In this document: positions 8,592 through 18,065 of the stretch, piece after piece | Numbering within the stretch: the stretch's first letter is position 1 | How the letters are laid out: the number at the start of each line of letters is the position of its first letter | Origin: a virus | Direction: 5' to 3' (one strand) | IMG/VR virus record: IMGVR_UViG_3300032240_002045 | Location: 1 to 64,000 of that record | DNA length: 64,000 nt | The notes under the pieces: model-generated | Told to the model about the DNA's origin: nothing | The model's input: only the letters and a program-made list of their open reading frames with translations | The model's database searches: none | Position numbers and translations under genes: made by a program

Positions 8592-11554
8592 TAATTAAAT
8601 CTCCTCCGTATAGCGGCAACTACGACAGTTATAACTAAAATCTTTTTTGCTTTTTTACGAGTTACTGGGGACATGTCGTTTCCGATATTCGCAAGAGCCA
8701 CATAAGCTTGATTAATAGCTTGTGCTGCGGCGCCAACGCCTGGTAGAACATCTAATGCTGCGGGTAATTCAACAGGTACTAATTCTACAGGGACTGCAAT
8801 ATCTGGTGCATTAAAAGTAGTGCCTCCGGGTTGACCGATAAATGTGTCCTCTGTAGTAATAGCTTCTGGTGGAATTGGGTCACCTGATCCTGGTGCTGGA
8901 GCCGGCGGTGTTAAGTTGCCGTCTTCACCAACAACTTGCGGTGCTGTTTGAGTACCAAAGAATTGAATACCGCCATTCTCAACACCTGTAACATCTACTT
9001 GTATATGTGGAATTAAAATTTCCGCTGGCGCTGGTTTTGGAATATCTGTAGGCAATTGAGCTGGGTTATTAGGTACAAGACCAATAGCCTCAAAAGCTTT
9101 AATCTCAGTTTTAGTTAAGTAAGTTTCGGGAGCAACAGCTGGTTTCCAAGTCTCTGCTGTAGTATCCTTTGTAACTTCTATTACAACGGGAGGTTCAGGT
9201 GCAGGAGCGGGAGCTGGTTCTGGCGCAGGTGGCGGACCTTCTGGTGTTGGTGGAGGGTCTGCGGGTGTTTCAGGTGCGGGCGCAGGGTCAGGTTGAGGAG
9301 TGGGTATTTCCTCTGGAACGGGCGCTACGTCAGGTACGGGAGGTTGGTCAGGCCCTGTATCGGGATCCGCAACAGGTGGCTCCTCTGGTTGAGCAGGAGG
9401 CTCTGGTTGAGGTTCTGGAGCCACAGGAGCAGGCTCTTCAACGGGAGCGGGCTGTTCTACAGGAGCTGGCTCAGGGGCCACTGGTGGAGCTGTAGGCGAT
9501 GGATCAGGATTTAGGACCGGAGATGGCTCCGGAGACGGCTCAGGCATTGGAGAGGGCTGCTCAACGGGCGTTGGCAAAGGCTCTGGAGAAGAAGGCACAG
9601 CAGCAGCAGCAGCAGCAGCCTTAGCCGCATCGGCTGCCGCTTTATCTGCGGCTTGTTTAGCGGCTAATTCGTCCGCTGCTTTCTTATCGGCTAATGCTTT
9701 TGCTTCTGCAGCAAAACGTTCTTTTTCTGCCGTTTGAATAGCCGATACCGCCACGGTTACTTTTGTAACTGCGGACTCCGCAAATTGATCAGCGGTAGTG
9801 ATAGCTGAGGCTGTAGCTGTTGTTAAAGTTTGAGCAGTTGCTTGAATAACCGTTAAGTTTTCTTGAGATTTTGTTAAGTTTTGTTGAGCGACTACTAGGT
9901 TTTGTTTAGCGGTAGCCAAATCTTGTTGTGCTTGATCATAAGCAGTCTGTGCTTGAGCAATTGTTGCTGTTCCAGTATTTGCAGCATGTATAGCATTTTG
10001 CCATGATTCGTAGGCAGCATTTCTTTCAGCAAGCTTTGTATCGTATGCAGCTTGTGCGTCTGCAGCAGCTTGAGATGTGACGGGCACAGCTGCTTGCGCG
10101 GATGTAAGGGTTTGAGTTGCTGTAGCAAGGGAAGTTTGAGCGCTTGTTAACTGTTGGTTAGCTGCTACAAAAGTAGCAGATGCGGTATTAGCAGCAGCAA
10201 CCAATACAGGGTCTTTAGTAACCACTGTGGTTGCAAAAGCGGTATTCATTGGGTTAGTCCAATAACCAGTTCCATCAGCTCTAGTAATGCCCCAACCAAG
10301 TGTTACGTTTGCCCCACCACCATTTTCGTAGTACCAAAGAATAAAATCTTGTTGCTTATCTGTAGTTGTGTTGTACGTAGGCGAGAACTGACTCCACGTT
10401 GGGCCTTGGTCTCTCCAGTTATTAATAGCAAGTTGACCATCTATGTATAGCTTTGATCCATCATCTGAGTACACGCCATATTTAACCGCCACCGCTTCTT
10501 CTGGAACGGTAATGGTTCCTTCATATTTAATAATAACTCGATCACTACGAACACCCAAAACAACTCCGCTACCCCAACTTGCAGAAATGTATGGAACTGT
10601 TGTTGTTAACACAGGTGTTGCGTTTGCGTCAGGAATTGCGGGAGCGGCTCCTCCGTTATAAGTATATGCAGAGGCTTTCACACCATTAGTTGTGACTGTT
10701 ACGGAAGATGCTTCCGCTGCTGCTTTTGCTGCGGTGGATGCGGCTGTAGCGGCATCGACTGCAGATTGTTGATTTGCAACGTTTGTAGTAGCGACCTCTA
10801 CAACTGTTTGAGCAACTGGCACTGCCGCCACTGCCGCATCTGCTGCGGCTTGAGCTGGTGCAATTTGGTCATGCACGGGACCAAGCTCGGCGTTCTTATT
10901 ATAAAAATTAACGCAAGCAGACCCTGGTGCGCAAGAGGCTGCTGCATCTAAAACTGGTTGAGCTTCTTGTGCTGTAGTTAATGTTGTTTGTGTATTAGTA
11001 ACGGTTTGCGTGGCTAGTGCTACCACCGCTGTTTTATCTACAACTACAGCTGTGGCTGTATCAACAGAGGCTTGCGCGGCGGCAACCAGAACAACAGCCG
11101 TTGCTGCTGATTGCGCTGTTACTGTAGCTGTTTCTACTGCGGTTGTTGCGGCAACAATTGCTGTATGCGCTTCTGCTATTGGGGTTGCTGCAACGGTTGC
11201 AGAGGCGGGTGCGGCACTTGTAACAGCTGAACTTAGTGCTACAGTTGCGGTCTCTATTTTACTTTGAACGGAGGCAATTGCTAATGTGGCAGACTGTGGT
11301 GTACCCGTTGTTGAGTTTTGTTGCTGGGTGGGTTGTGGGTTTGATACAGGGGCACTACCCTGAACGGGAGAAGTCACGGTCGCTGTATCAGATGTTGCTG
11401 AAGGAGCAAGAGAAATCACAATACCTGGAGCAGAACCAGTGGAAGAATCAGGGCTAACTTGAACTGTAAGTTCGTCGGCCTTAGCGCCGTGTTGCCCAGT
11501 TAAATAAAAGAAAATTGCAACAAACAAAGTTGCATAAAAACGTGATGATTTCAT
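8591..11554 (-). CDS. Large exported protein: Ala/Thr coiled coil, PA14 domain, Pro-rich stalk, C-terminal hydrophobic anchor
   Basis: Signal peptide ending AKA-D; SDDGSKLYIDG..I.NW.DQG and YYENGGGA (PA14); PEP repeats; ILVITVVVAAIRRR end. Confidence 0.8.
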   Translation of the reverse strand: MKSSRFYATLFVAIFFYLTGQHGAKADELTVQVSPDSSTGSAPGIVISLAPSATSDTATVTSPVQGSAPVSNPQPTQQQNSTTGTPQSATLAIASVQSKIETATVALSSAVTSAAPASATVAATPIAEAHTAIVAATTAVETATVTAQSAATAVVLVAAAQASVDTATAVVVDKTAVVALATQTVTNTQTTLTTAQEAQPVLDAAASCAPGSACVNFYNKNAELGPVHDQIAPAQAAADAAVAAVPVAQTVVEVATTNVANQQSAVDAATAASTAAKAAAEASSVTVTTNGVKASAYTYNGGAAPAIPDANATPVLTTTVPYISASWGSGVVLGVRSDRVIIKYEGTITVPEEAVAVKYGVYSDDGSKLYIDGQLAINNWRDQGPTWSQFSPTYNTTTDKQQDFILWYYENGGGANVTLGWGITRADGTGYWTNPMNTAFATTVVTKDPVLVAAANTASATFVAANQQLTSAQTSLATATQTLTSAQAAVPVTSQAAADAQAAYDTKLAERNAAYESWQNAIHAANTGTATIAQAQTAYDQAQQDLATAKQNLVVAQQNLTKSQENLTVIQATAQTLTTATASAITTADQFAESAVTKVTVAVSAIQTAEKERFAAEAKALADKKAADELAAKQAADKAAADAAKAAAAAAAVPSSPEPLPTPVEQPSPMPEPSPEPSPVLNPDPSPTAPPVAPEPAPVEQPAPVEEPAPVAPEPQPEPPAQPEEPPVADPDTGPDQPPVPDVAPVPEEIPTPQPDPAPAPETPADPPPTPEGPPPAPEPAPAPAPEPPVVIEVTKDTTAETWKPAVAPETYLTKTEIKAFEAIGLVPNNPAQLPTDIPKPAPAEILIPHIQVDVTGVENGGIQFFGTQTAPQVVGEDGNLTPPAPAPGSGDPIPPEAITTEDTFIGQPGGTTFNAPDIAVPVELVPVELPAALDVLPGVGAAAQAINQAYVALANIGNDMSPVTRKKAKKILVITVVVAAIRRRFN

Positions 11555-11576
11555 CAGCCCCCCGGTGACTACGTCA

Positions 11577-11837
11577 TCAGTTTAAGGGCTTCGTTACACC
11601 TTCTGGGTCGTAAACACTTACAGCTTTAACTTTTAAAGTTTCTTGTAAATCACGTGCGTGGTGTCCGCAGAACAATAGCTCACCATTTAAAAAAGTAGCA
11701 ACAACTTTTGCAGCAGCGCTGCAAGAGTCACATCGATCCTGAAGCGTCAGCTCCCGTGCCGGCGTCTGCAGATCCGTTGTTGTCATTCTGCGCTCCTTCG
11801 GTAGTAGTTTGTCCGTGTTGTACATCGCCAATGCCAC
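11577..11837 (-). CDS. Small actinobacterial Zn-binding protein
   Basis: LTLQDRCDSC...GELLFCGHH; real start is probably MTTT at 11789. Confidence 0.7.
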   Translation of the reverse strand: MALAMYNTDKLLPKERRMTTTDLQTPARELTLQDRCDSCSAAAKVVATFLNGELLFCGHHARDLQETLKVKAVSVYDPEGVTKPLN

Positions 11838-11945
11838 TCATACCGCCCCAATAAGAAGGCCAATACGGAATAACAACCCCGCCAACTCGTAAACCTAATT
11901 TAGAGTTTAAAGTGACGTGTTTGTGTTGGCGATGTTTTTTAGGCA

Positions 11946-12245
11946 TTACTTTTTTAATTTAGATCCTGATACATAACCTGTATTTTTGTTGTATTGATCT
12001 GAACGCGTTCCAGACTTACCTAGTAAAGCGCCACCAACTTCTTTAACTTGATTAGTAAGATTGTTGCTAGCTGCTTTATTTACTGGGTCATTGTCGTAAA
12101 CAGTTTTAAGAGCGCCCGGGGTTGTTCCAACTTTGATGTTAGTGGCAAGAGCTGTACCAACATCGTGCACATTTTGAGCAATATTTCCTACGTAGCCTCC
12201 AACTTTTTTAGCTACATTACCAAACTGGGATGCTCCTGGAATCAT
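11946..12245 (-). CDS. Small basic hypothetical protein
   Basis: Coupled ORF in the minus-strand operon. Confidence 0.6.
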   Translation of the reverse strand: MIPGASQFGNVAKKVGGYVGNIAQNVHDVGTALATNIKVGTTPGALKTVYDNDPVNKAASNNLTNQVKEVGGALLGKSGTRSDQYNKNTGYVSGSKLKK

Positions 12246-12535
12246 CGGCGCTTCATCTCTCTTTCTTTGGTCCGCTTAGCGTCTAACTTCTTAGCTTTAA
12301 GTTTTGCAAGCGCTGCCCCACTTACTGGGCCACCTAACATATCTGGGTTGGCGTTGGCTTCTTGCACAGTTGGATTTAAATTAACAGCGTTGTTAGCTCC
12401 TTGAACGCCTGAAGCAACATCTCTCTTAAAGCGCTGCTCACTCGTCATTCCTCGAGTAATATTCATTTCTCCAATAGCTTGATCTAATGCACGCTTTTCA
12501 AGACCCAGCTGTGAATCACCTTTACGATAAATCAT
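12242..12535 (-). CDS. Small basic hypothetical protein
   Basis: ATGA overlaps on both sides. Confidence 0.6.
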   Translation of the reverse strand: MIYRKGDSQLGLEKRALDQAIGEMNITRGMTSEQRFKRDVASGVQGANNAVNLNPTVQEANANPDMLGGPVSGAALAKLKAKKLDAKRTKEREMKRR

Positions 12536-12825
12536 TTTTCATTCTCCTTCTTGCCTGCACGACGCTTGTTCTCTTTTGCTGTGTTCTTGCTTCTAGAGAT
12601 AGCGCGGAGGTTACCTTTAGAGTCATTACTATGATTGTTGTCTTTATGATCAACAGTTGTGTTCTTAGACTTAATCTTACCGTTAGTTGACTCATAATCA
12701 GCACGAGCTTTGTTTTTAGAAGTAGTAACCCATTTATCTCCTACTTTTTTCTTGTAGACGTAGATAGGGCGTCCGCCATTAGCGTCACTTCCCTTATACG
12801 GACCAAACTTCTTTGTTTCTGCCAT
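12532..12825 (-). CDS. Small HNH-motif protein
   Basis: VDHKDNNHSNDSKGNLRAISRSKN. Confidence 0.7.
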   Translation of the reverse strand: MAETKKFGPYKGSDANGGRPIYVYKKKVGDKWVTTSKNKARADYESTNGKIKSKNTTVDHKDNNHSNDSKGNLRAISRSKNTAKENKRRAGKKENEK

Positions 12826-12829
12826 GTAC

Positions 12830-13414
12830 TTAGACTATCGCACTCGGGGTCCAACGTTCATCACCCTTAGGGGCTCCTGACCCGGCTAATGCGGCAGCTG
12901 CTGCTCCTGCAGCAAATGCTTTACCTCGTCCAGTAGATGTACTTTCTGCAGCTTTTGGTTTTGCTTCTGTTTTAGGCGCAGCCTCCGCTTTAGGAGCAGC
13001 TTCAACTTTAGGAGCAGCTTCTGTAGGTTTTGCTACAGTTTTTGGACGTTCCAACACGGCGGTTTTTCCTCCACCGGTAGATGGGCCAAATTGACGTCCG
13101 CTTGGAATTCCCCCCTTAAACGGCGTTTCAATTTTCTTTGGAGTTTTGCCAATAACTTTGCTTACACCTTTAGCTACAGCGTTTGCGGCACCTTCTGCTT
13201 TTGCTTCTGGAATAAGAAGTGAACCAACGTTAACAACTGCTTTTCCTATACCTAAAGCACCGTAACCTAATTCTTTACCTACTGCTTTAAAGTAATCGCC
13301 GGTGCCCTTTTTTGAAGAGTTGTACTCATCTTGTGCCTGTTTAACTTTGTGAAATTCATTAACGCCAACGGCGTCTTTGGCGGTATCTGATAACCACTTA
13401 CCAATGTCTGCCAT
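12830..13414 (-). CDS. Ala/Lys-rich hypothetical protein (possible internal virion protein)
   Basis: EAAPK repeats, low complexity. Confidence 0.6.
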   Translation of the reverse strand: MADIGKWLSDTAKDAVGVNEFHKVKQAQDEYNSSKKGTGDYFKAVGKELGYGALGIGKAVVNVGSLLIPEAKAEGAANAVAKGVSKVIGKTPKKIETPFKGGIPSGRQFGPSTGGGKTAVLERPKTVAKPTEAAPKVEAAPKAEAAPKTEAKPKAAESTSTGRGKAFAAGAAAAALAGSGAPKGDERWTPSAIV

Positions 13415-13416
13415 GA

Positions 13417-13605
13417 CTACCTCGTCTTCTTATTAAGGGAACGGTTTAATATGTCCGCCGCTTGCTCAGATACATTGTATCTTCCATAGCTTGGGCGCGG
13501 TCCTGAAAACATACCTGGATTTGCTGACCTGAACTCATTAGCGCGTCCAGGCTTAACAACGCCACTATTTTCAGCGCGGGTGCGGCCTACTGCCGGATCT
13601 TTCAT
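13417..13605 (-). CDS. Small basic hypothetical protein
   Basis: Coupled ORF. Confidence 0.55.
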   Translation of the reverse strand: MKDPAVGRTRAENSGVVKPGRANEFRSANPGMFSGPRPSYGRYNVSEQAADILNRSLNKKTR

Positions 13606-13994
13606 TACTTGCCTTTCAAGGCGCGATTGGCATTAGTAAGTTTATTAGGGTTAGCTTTAGCCCAAGCAATTTGTTTTTGACGCTTAACCTCTTTGTCCTC
13701 ATCAGACTTAGCACCGCCCTTACCTGTTACAGGTCGGGCTGCTTGCCACTTTTTAACCATAGCCTTGCGGTCTTTACTTCCAGCTTTGGTCATGGTTGTT
13801 GGGACGTTTTGAAATTCTTTTTTACGATCTTTGGCGTTAGCTTTACGATTAGGGTTTGCCGCTCCCCATTCAGACCATGACTGATCTCCGCCGGCTGCAG
13901 GAGATGAGTTCTTCCATTCAGTGTTATCTACACGTGTAATCTTTGTCTTTGGTGCTTTTGGTGTAGTGGTTTTAGTAATCTTTGGCTTAGCCAT
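13605..13994 (-). CDS. Lys-rich hypothetical protein
   Basis: Coupled ORF with TAATG junctions. Confidence 0.6.
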   Translation of the reverse strand: MAKPKITKTTTPKAPKTKITRVDNTEWKNSSPAAGGDQSWSEWGAANPNRKANAKDRKKEFQNVPTTMTKAGSKDRKAMVKKWQAARPVTGKGGAKSDEDKEVKRQKQIAWAKANPNKLTNANRALKGK

Positions 13995-14119
13995 TACTTA
14001 CTCTTTTTTGTAGAAGCCTTTGGCTTACCGTCTTTGATAGGTACACAATTAGGAACTTCTTTACCATTTTTCATTTTCATACCTAATTGACGATAGTTAG
14101 CCCAACATGGATCAGCCAT
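13994..14119 (-). CDS. 41-aa protein MADPCWANYRQLGMKMKNGKEVPNCVP...
   Basis: Read by hand (below the ORF cutoff); CW..Y...G.K...GK.VPNCVP is a recurrent phage motif; TAATG coupling. Confidence 0.75.
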   Translation of the reverse strand: MADPCWANYRQLGMKMKNGKEVPNCVPIKDGKPKASTKKSK

Positions 14120-14382
14120 TAACAATCCCACTTTCTACGCGCCTTATTTAATCTGCTATTTGGATCTGCTGCTGCTTTTGGAAAATCTTTAGCTTGTCCA
14201 GCAGAACGTGCGCAATATGATTTACGACGTGCGGCAGACTTTGGAGACTTCTTTGCTTGTTCTTTGCTTACAGGCGGTTTAATGTTTTGACCTTTAGCTT
14301 TAAGGGAGGCGCGACCTTTAGCGTTTAATCCGCCTTCTGGGTTTTGTCCCTCTTTGCGTTGCCATGCTGCTGTCTTAGCCAT
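14119..14382 (-). CDS. DUF6321-like basic phage protein
   Basis: AWQRKEGQNPEGGLNAKGRAS...RRKSYCAR...DPNSRLNKARRKWDC. Confidence 0.75.
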   Translation of the reverse strand: MAKTAAWQRKEGQNPEGGLNAKGRASLKAKGQNIKPPVSKEQAKKSPKSAARRKSYCARSAGQAKDFPKAAADPNSRLNKARRKWDC

Positions 14383-14575
14383 TCTTCTTATGCCAATCTT
14401 TAGTTGCTTTTACGCCTTGCTTAATAGTTTTAGCGCCAGCTTTCTTTGTAAGATTAATTTTATCGTACTTGCCTTTATTTCCAGCGTGATCAACAATAAC
14501 TTCGCCTTTTTTGTTCTTTTTAATAGTGTGGCCTTCACCGGCAACTTTAATTGTTTTTGCCATTTTTACCTCCAA
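14375..14575 (-). CDS. Small basic hypothetical protein
   Basis: GGAGG SD before MAKTIK (start probably 14563). Confidence 0.6.
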   Translation of the reverse strand: MEVKMAKTIKVAGEGHTIKKNKKGEVIVDHAGNKGKYDKINLTKKAGAKTIKQGVKATKDWHKKNG

Positions 14576-14704
14576 TTAAAAACTTATTTCTAATTTTTTT
14601 AAAAAATAACTCTACTTTTTGTTCTGTTTTGTATTCAATACTGTTTTTATAATAATCTGATGCAAAATGTGGGCTTTCGGTAGTCCTAGCAATATGACGT
14701 GGTG

Positions 14705-14896
14705 TCAACTGTTCTCACCCATCCAACCAGGACCGGCAATTAATTTAGCCTTTGTATTGGCCGCTGGCTTGTTGTGTGGGACTGGAACAACCTTTGGCTT
14801 AGGGTTTCCTGTCATCTCTGCATGAAACTCGCGTAGGCCGCGTGTGCGGGTTAGATCGATAACGCGGTGCTTGTCATGAGCTTTATCATCTGCCAT
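14705..14896 (-). CDS. Small hypothetical protein (leaderless)
   Basis: CAAACT-N6-ATG. Confidence 0.55.
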   Translation of the reverse strand: MADDKAHDKHRVIDLTRTRGLREFHAEMTGNPKPKVVPVPHNKPAANTKAKLIAGPGWMGENS

Positions 14897-14910
14897 AGGT
14901 AAAGTTTGCC

Positions 14911-15138
14911 CTATTTGCTTTTAAAAGTCAGGGCGTATTTTGCATATGCCAGAATAAGCATATCTGTGAGCTTATCTTTGCTCTCTGGGTGCTTTTCCTT
15001 AAAATGATCACGCCACTGAATTGCGGTGAATTTACTGCTGGCACAGCCATTATTAATGTCATCCCAGATAAGTTTGCTAAAGACGTTTGTACGCGAAGGC
15101 GTGTCTAAGTTATCAAAGAGCCACGTATTAAAAGTCAT
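14911..15138 (-). CDS. YozE/SAM-like small protein
   Basis: MTFNTWL...FSKLIWDD pattern; leaderless promoter. Confidence 0.5.
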   Translation of the reverse strand: MTFNTWLFDNLDTPSRTNVFSKLIWDDINNGCASSKFTAIQWRDHFKEKHPESKDKLTDMLILAYAKYALTFKSK

Positions 15139-15160
15139 GGGGGAAAGATAGCAAGTACAG

Positions 15161-15256
15161 TTATACTTTAAAGTCTAAAGATTCAAACTCATCTACAGCA
15201 TCATCCAAAGTTCGTTCAACATGCTCAGCTGTGCAATCGCCACAATTTCTACACAT
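15161..15256 (-). CDS. 31-aa Cys-rich micro-protein MCRNCGDCTAEH...
   Basis: Read by hand; TAAACT-N6-ATG leaderless start. Confidence 0.55.
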   Translation of the reverse strand: MCRNCGDCTAEHVERTLDDAVDEFESLDFKV

Positions 15257-15573
15257 GATTATAGTTTAGCTTCAAAACGGGAAAAAGCAGGGTAATTACA
15301 CCGCGGTTGCTACTAACCCCAAAGCCCTTTTCGCCTCCACAGCTTTATAGTAAACAAGCGCTTGCCACGTATTGCAAATTCTAAGAGTAGACGGCTGCGC
15401 TTGTGATCATCTGATAGCTGATACGCCCGAAAGACACCAGTGCGTTTTAAATATCTTTCAAGATAGCGCTCTAGCTCTGGTGACAATTCTTCGCTCATAC
15501 AACAACCTTAACACATTTGGCTACTGCCTTGTCAACAGGTGTACCTCTTCAAAAATTTTGATAGGGTGTCTTT

Positions 15574-16557
15574 ATGAAATGTGGCACTTACTCTGGTTAC
15601 AAAAAACATAGAAAAGATAAAAGCTTTATTTGTCAACCCTGCAGATTGGCTATGAATGCCTATCGTAGGGAGTACAACAAGCGTAAGCCTGAGAAGAATG
15701 CTCAATACCATGCTAAGTACAAAGCAAAGTTTGCTCCTGCTAAGGAGGCTGAAAGGGCTGCTAAGAAAGCTGCTCGTGATATTGCGTCTGCAGAAAAGGC
15801 TCAAAAGCTCGCGGTTGCTCGTGCAGAGCGTGCTGCACTCAAAGAAGCTCGCAGGATTGAGAGAGAAGCAGAGTTAGCTAAGATAAAGGCTAACAAAGCT
15901 AAAGTTAGTGCTGCTCAGATGCGTGATGTTCTTAGGTATATCAGGTACCAAAGGCTGCTCATTAATAGCCAACTTAAGAAGCATGCACGTCAAGAGGCTA
16001 TTAATGCTCAAAAAGAACAAGCTAGATTAGCCAAAGAGGTTGCGGTTGCAGAAGAGCAACTTAGACGTCAGCAACGTGAGCAACATAGGCAACTTATGCT
16101 CAACCAGCATGGAACTAGCATTGGTGATTACTCTCGTTGTAAGAAGGCTAACACCACAGCTTGCGCAGACTGCTTAAAAGCAGCCTCCGCCTACCGCAAA
16201 GCTCAAGTAGCAAGAGACCCTGAAAAATTTAAACAACAAAAGAAAAAGTATTTAAAAGCTAATCCTAATAGACGCCATCACAGCAATAGAGATCGTGCCC
16301 GCAAGAAGGGCGTGCCTAGCCAGTACTACACCCGCCAACAGATCTTTAATCGTGATGGCTACGACTGTTACCTATGTAACCTGCCTGTAGATCTCACCGC
16401 GAACCATGTTCAGGGCCAACCTGGTTGGGAGCTGTATCCGCACGTTGAGCACGTTATCCCACTAGCACTCGGTGGCCATGACACCTTAGATAATGTCAAG
16501 ATTGCTCACGCTATTTGTAACATCCGCAAAGGGGTCTCCGCGCCTGTTGCCGTTTAG
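15574..16557 (+). CDS. HNH endonuclease with two (C/H)GT-Y..CxxC modules and a coiled coil
   Basis: RDGYDCYLC...HVEHVIPLALGGHDTLDNVKIAHAICNIRKG. Confidence 0.85.
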   Translation: MKCGTYSGYKKHRKDKSFICQPCRLAMNAYRREYNKRKPEKNAQYHAKYKAKFAPAKEAERAAKKAARDIASAEKAQKLAVARAERAALKEARRIEREAELAKIKANKAKVSAAQMRDVLRYIRYQRLLINSQLKKHARQEAINAQKEQARLAKEVAVAEEQLRRQQREQHRQLMLNQHGTSIGDYSRCKKANTTACADCLKAASAYRKAQVARDPEKFKQQKKKYLKANPNRRHHSNRDRARKKGVPSQYYTRQQIFNRDGYDCYLCNLPVDLTANHVQGQPGWELYPHVEHVIPLALGGHDTLDNVKIAHAICNIRKGVSAPVAV

Positions 16558-16672
16558 GGCTACGGACTTGAGGTCACCCTTGTTACCTACGGCTGAACAC
16601 TGGTGGCTTCCAAATTGTCGACTTTTCCTAACCGTGGGGGGGTCTTCTGACCAGTCATAGTTTGCGAGTGCT

Positions 16673-16746
16673 CGGCGTGTCGCTTGCATTCGTGTGGCGT
16701 GTGCACTATCTTTCATTTATCGCCACAAGGCGAGCCGATAGGAAGG
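16673..16746 (+). promoter_or_regulatory. Cassette 1 promoter and leader
   Basis: CGGCGTGTCG box, TTGCAT-N17-TATCTT, 5' hairpin 16720-16733, CCGATAGGAAGG RBS. Confidence 0.75.
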
Positions 16747-16752
16747 CATAAC

Positions 16753-16923
16753 ATGACACCAGAAATAGGCGATTGGTACACGACACACAATAGCGGGGTG
16801 ATTGGTTGGGTCTGTGAAATAGTTCCCAACCGCACTGGCACATTCCGCTTGCGCTTGCGCACTGTGGACTTAGACATCAAATGGACGACTTTCATTCCAG
16901 AGGGTGTTAAGGTGAGCGCATGA
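16753..16923 (+). CDS. Small hypothetical early protein
   Basis: ATG after the GGAAGG RBS; ATGA overlap with the next gene. Confidence 0.7.
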   Translation: MTPEIGDWYTTHNSGVIGWVCEIVPNRTGTFRLRLRTVDLDIKWTTFIPEGVKVSA

Positions 16924-17789
16924 GCACAATTAAGGAAGACATCACCGCGCTACTCGTTAAGGCGCTCGAGGAAGGCAATGCGCCATGGCGTAAGGGTTGG
17001 GTTGGTGGCATGGCGCCAACATCTCTTGCAACGGGTAAACCGTATCAAGGCATCAACACTCTCATTCTCTCTCTACTAGGTGAGGGATACGCGCACCCGC
17101 TCTGGCTCACATATAAACAAGCCGAGGCCCTAGGCGGTAACGTCAAGAAGGGCGAGAAGTCGGTCCGCGTAGTTTACGCAGCGCAGAAGTCAATCGAGCC
17201 AACCGAGGAGAAGGAGGGCACAAGCTTCTTCTTCTATAAATGGTTTAACGTGTTCAACGTAGATCAATGCGAAGGTATCGAGATCCCCGCACAATTCTTG
17301 CCTACTGGTGAGACCGTCGAGCCACTCGATGCCATTAACACTCTATGGGATGGATACACCAACCGCCCGGAGATGTTCTACAGCGAACAGGGCCGGGCCT
17401 TCTATTCACCTTCGGCCGATTCGATCACGCTTCCAACCTTGCATCAATTCAAGAGCGCAGAAGAGCACGCGTACACCTTCGCTCATGAGATGATTCATTC
17501 AACTGGACACGAGTCCCGCACCAACCGTTGGAAGAATGCGGAAGACAAGCCAAGCCGATTTGGATGCGACACCTACGCCAAGGAAGAATTAATCGCAGAA
17601 GTAGGCGCATGCATGTTGCTAGCGAGCGCCGGGGTTGAATTCGATATCCCTAACTCTGCAGCCTACCTTCGCTCATGGATCAAGGCTTTAAACGATGACA
17701 AGAGCCTAATCTTTAAAGCATCAGCGAAAGCACAAGCAGCAGCCAACTACATCACCGGGGTCAAAGTACAAGAGGAGGTGAATGCATGA
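16920..17789 (+). CDS. ardC: ArdC-family ssDNA-binding antirestriction protein with zincin-like domain
   Basis: PWRKGW, Y.GIN...L, WLTYKQA..LGG.VKKGEK, VFNVDQ, HEMIHSTGH, YAKEELIAE. Confidence 0.9.
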   Translation: MSTIKEDITALLVKALEEGNAPWRKGWVGGMAPTSLATGKPYQGINTLILSLLGEGYAHPLWLTYKQAEALGGNVKKGEKSVRVVYAAQKSIEPTEEKEGTSFFFYKWFNVFNVDQCEGIEIPAQFLPTGETVEPLDAINTLWDGYTNRPEMFYSEQGRAFYSPSADSITLPTLHQFKSAEEHAYTFAHEMIHSTGHESRTNRWKNAEDKPSRFGCDTYAKEELIAEVGACMLLASAGVEFDIPNSAAYLRSWIKALNDDKSLIFKASAKAQAAANYITGVKVQEEVNA

Positions 17790-17890
17790 ACCGCCTACTT
17801 ACTTCACTAGTGCAGCTAGTACTGCTAGGAGTCACCGCGCCGTTGGTTGTATTAATGGTCAAAGACTTCCGCGAGAATAAACTCGAATAG
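17786..17890 (+). CDS. 34-aa single-TM peptide MNRLLTSLVQLVLLGVTAPLVVLMVKDFRENKLE
   Basis: Read by hand; GGAGG SD and ATGA overlap. Confidence 0.65.
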   Translation: MNRLLTSLVQLVLLGVTAPLVVLMVKDFRENKLE

Positions 17891-17912
17891 CTTTCCCCCT
17901 ATCGGAAAACAC

Positions 17913-17940
17913 AGAGCCCCGGCCCAACAGCTGGGGCTTT
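17913..17940 (+). terminator. Cassette 1 terminator
   Basis: AGAGCCCCGGC-CCAACA-GCTGGGGCTTT. Confidence 0.8.
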
Positions 17941-17956
17941 GCTGTTGGCCGGCGCA

Positions 17957-18011
17957 TTTGTTTGTGTTGGCCCACCCGCCCCGTTTATAAGGGAGTATGT
18001 ATGTAGAGAGA
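17957..18011. repeat. Conserved inter-cassette element, copy 1
   Basis: TTTGTTTGTGTTGGCCCACCCGCCCC...AAGGGAGTATGTATGTAGAGAGA. Confidence 0.85.
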
Positions 18012-18020
18012 TACACAGCC

Positions 18021-18041
18021 TGTGGATAAACCTGTGGATAA
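18021..18041. promoter_or_regulatory. Two tandem perfect DnaA boxes
   Basis: TGTGGATAA (reverse complement TTATCCACA) at 18021 and 18033. Confidence 0.7.
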
Positions 18042-18065
18042 AGTTATCTAATTGTTATACAACTA

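Noticed and set aside
245-11457. Plus-strand ORFs such as 245-703, 4609-4920, 7380-7871 and 8099-8431
   Set aside because: Antisense shadows of well-supported minus-strand genes with biased codon usage
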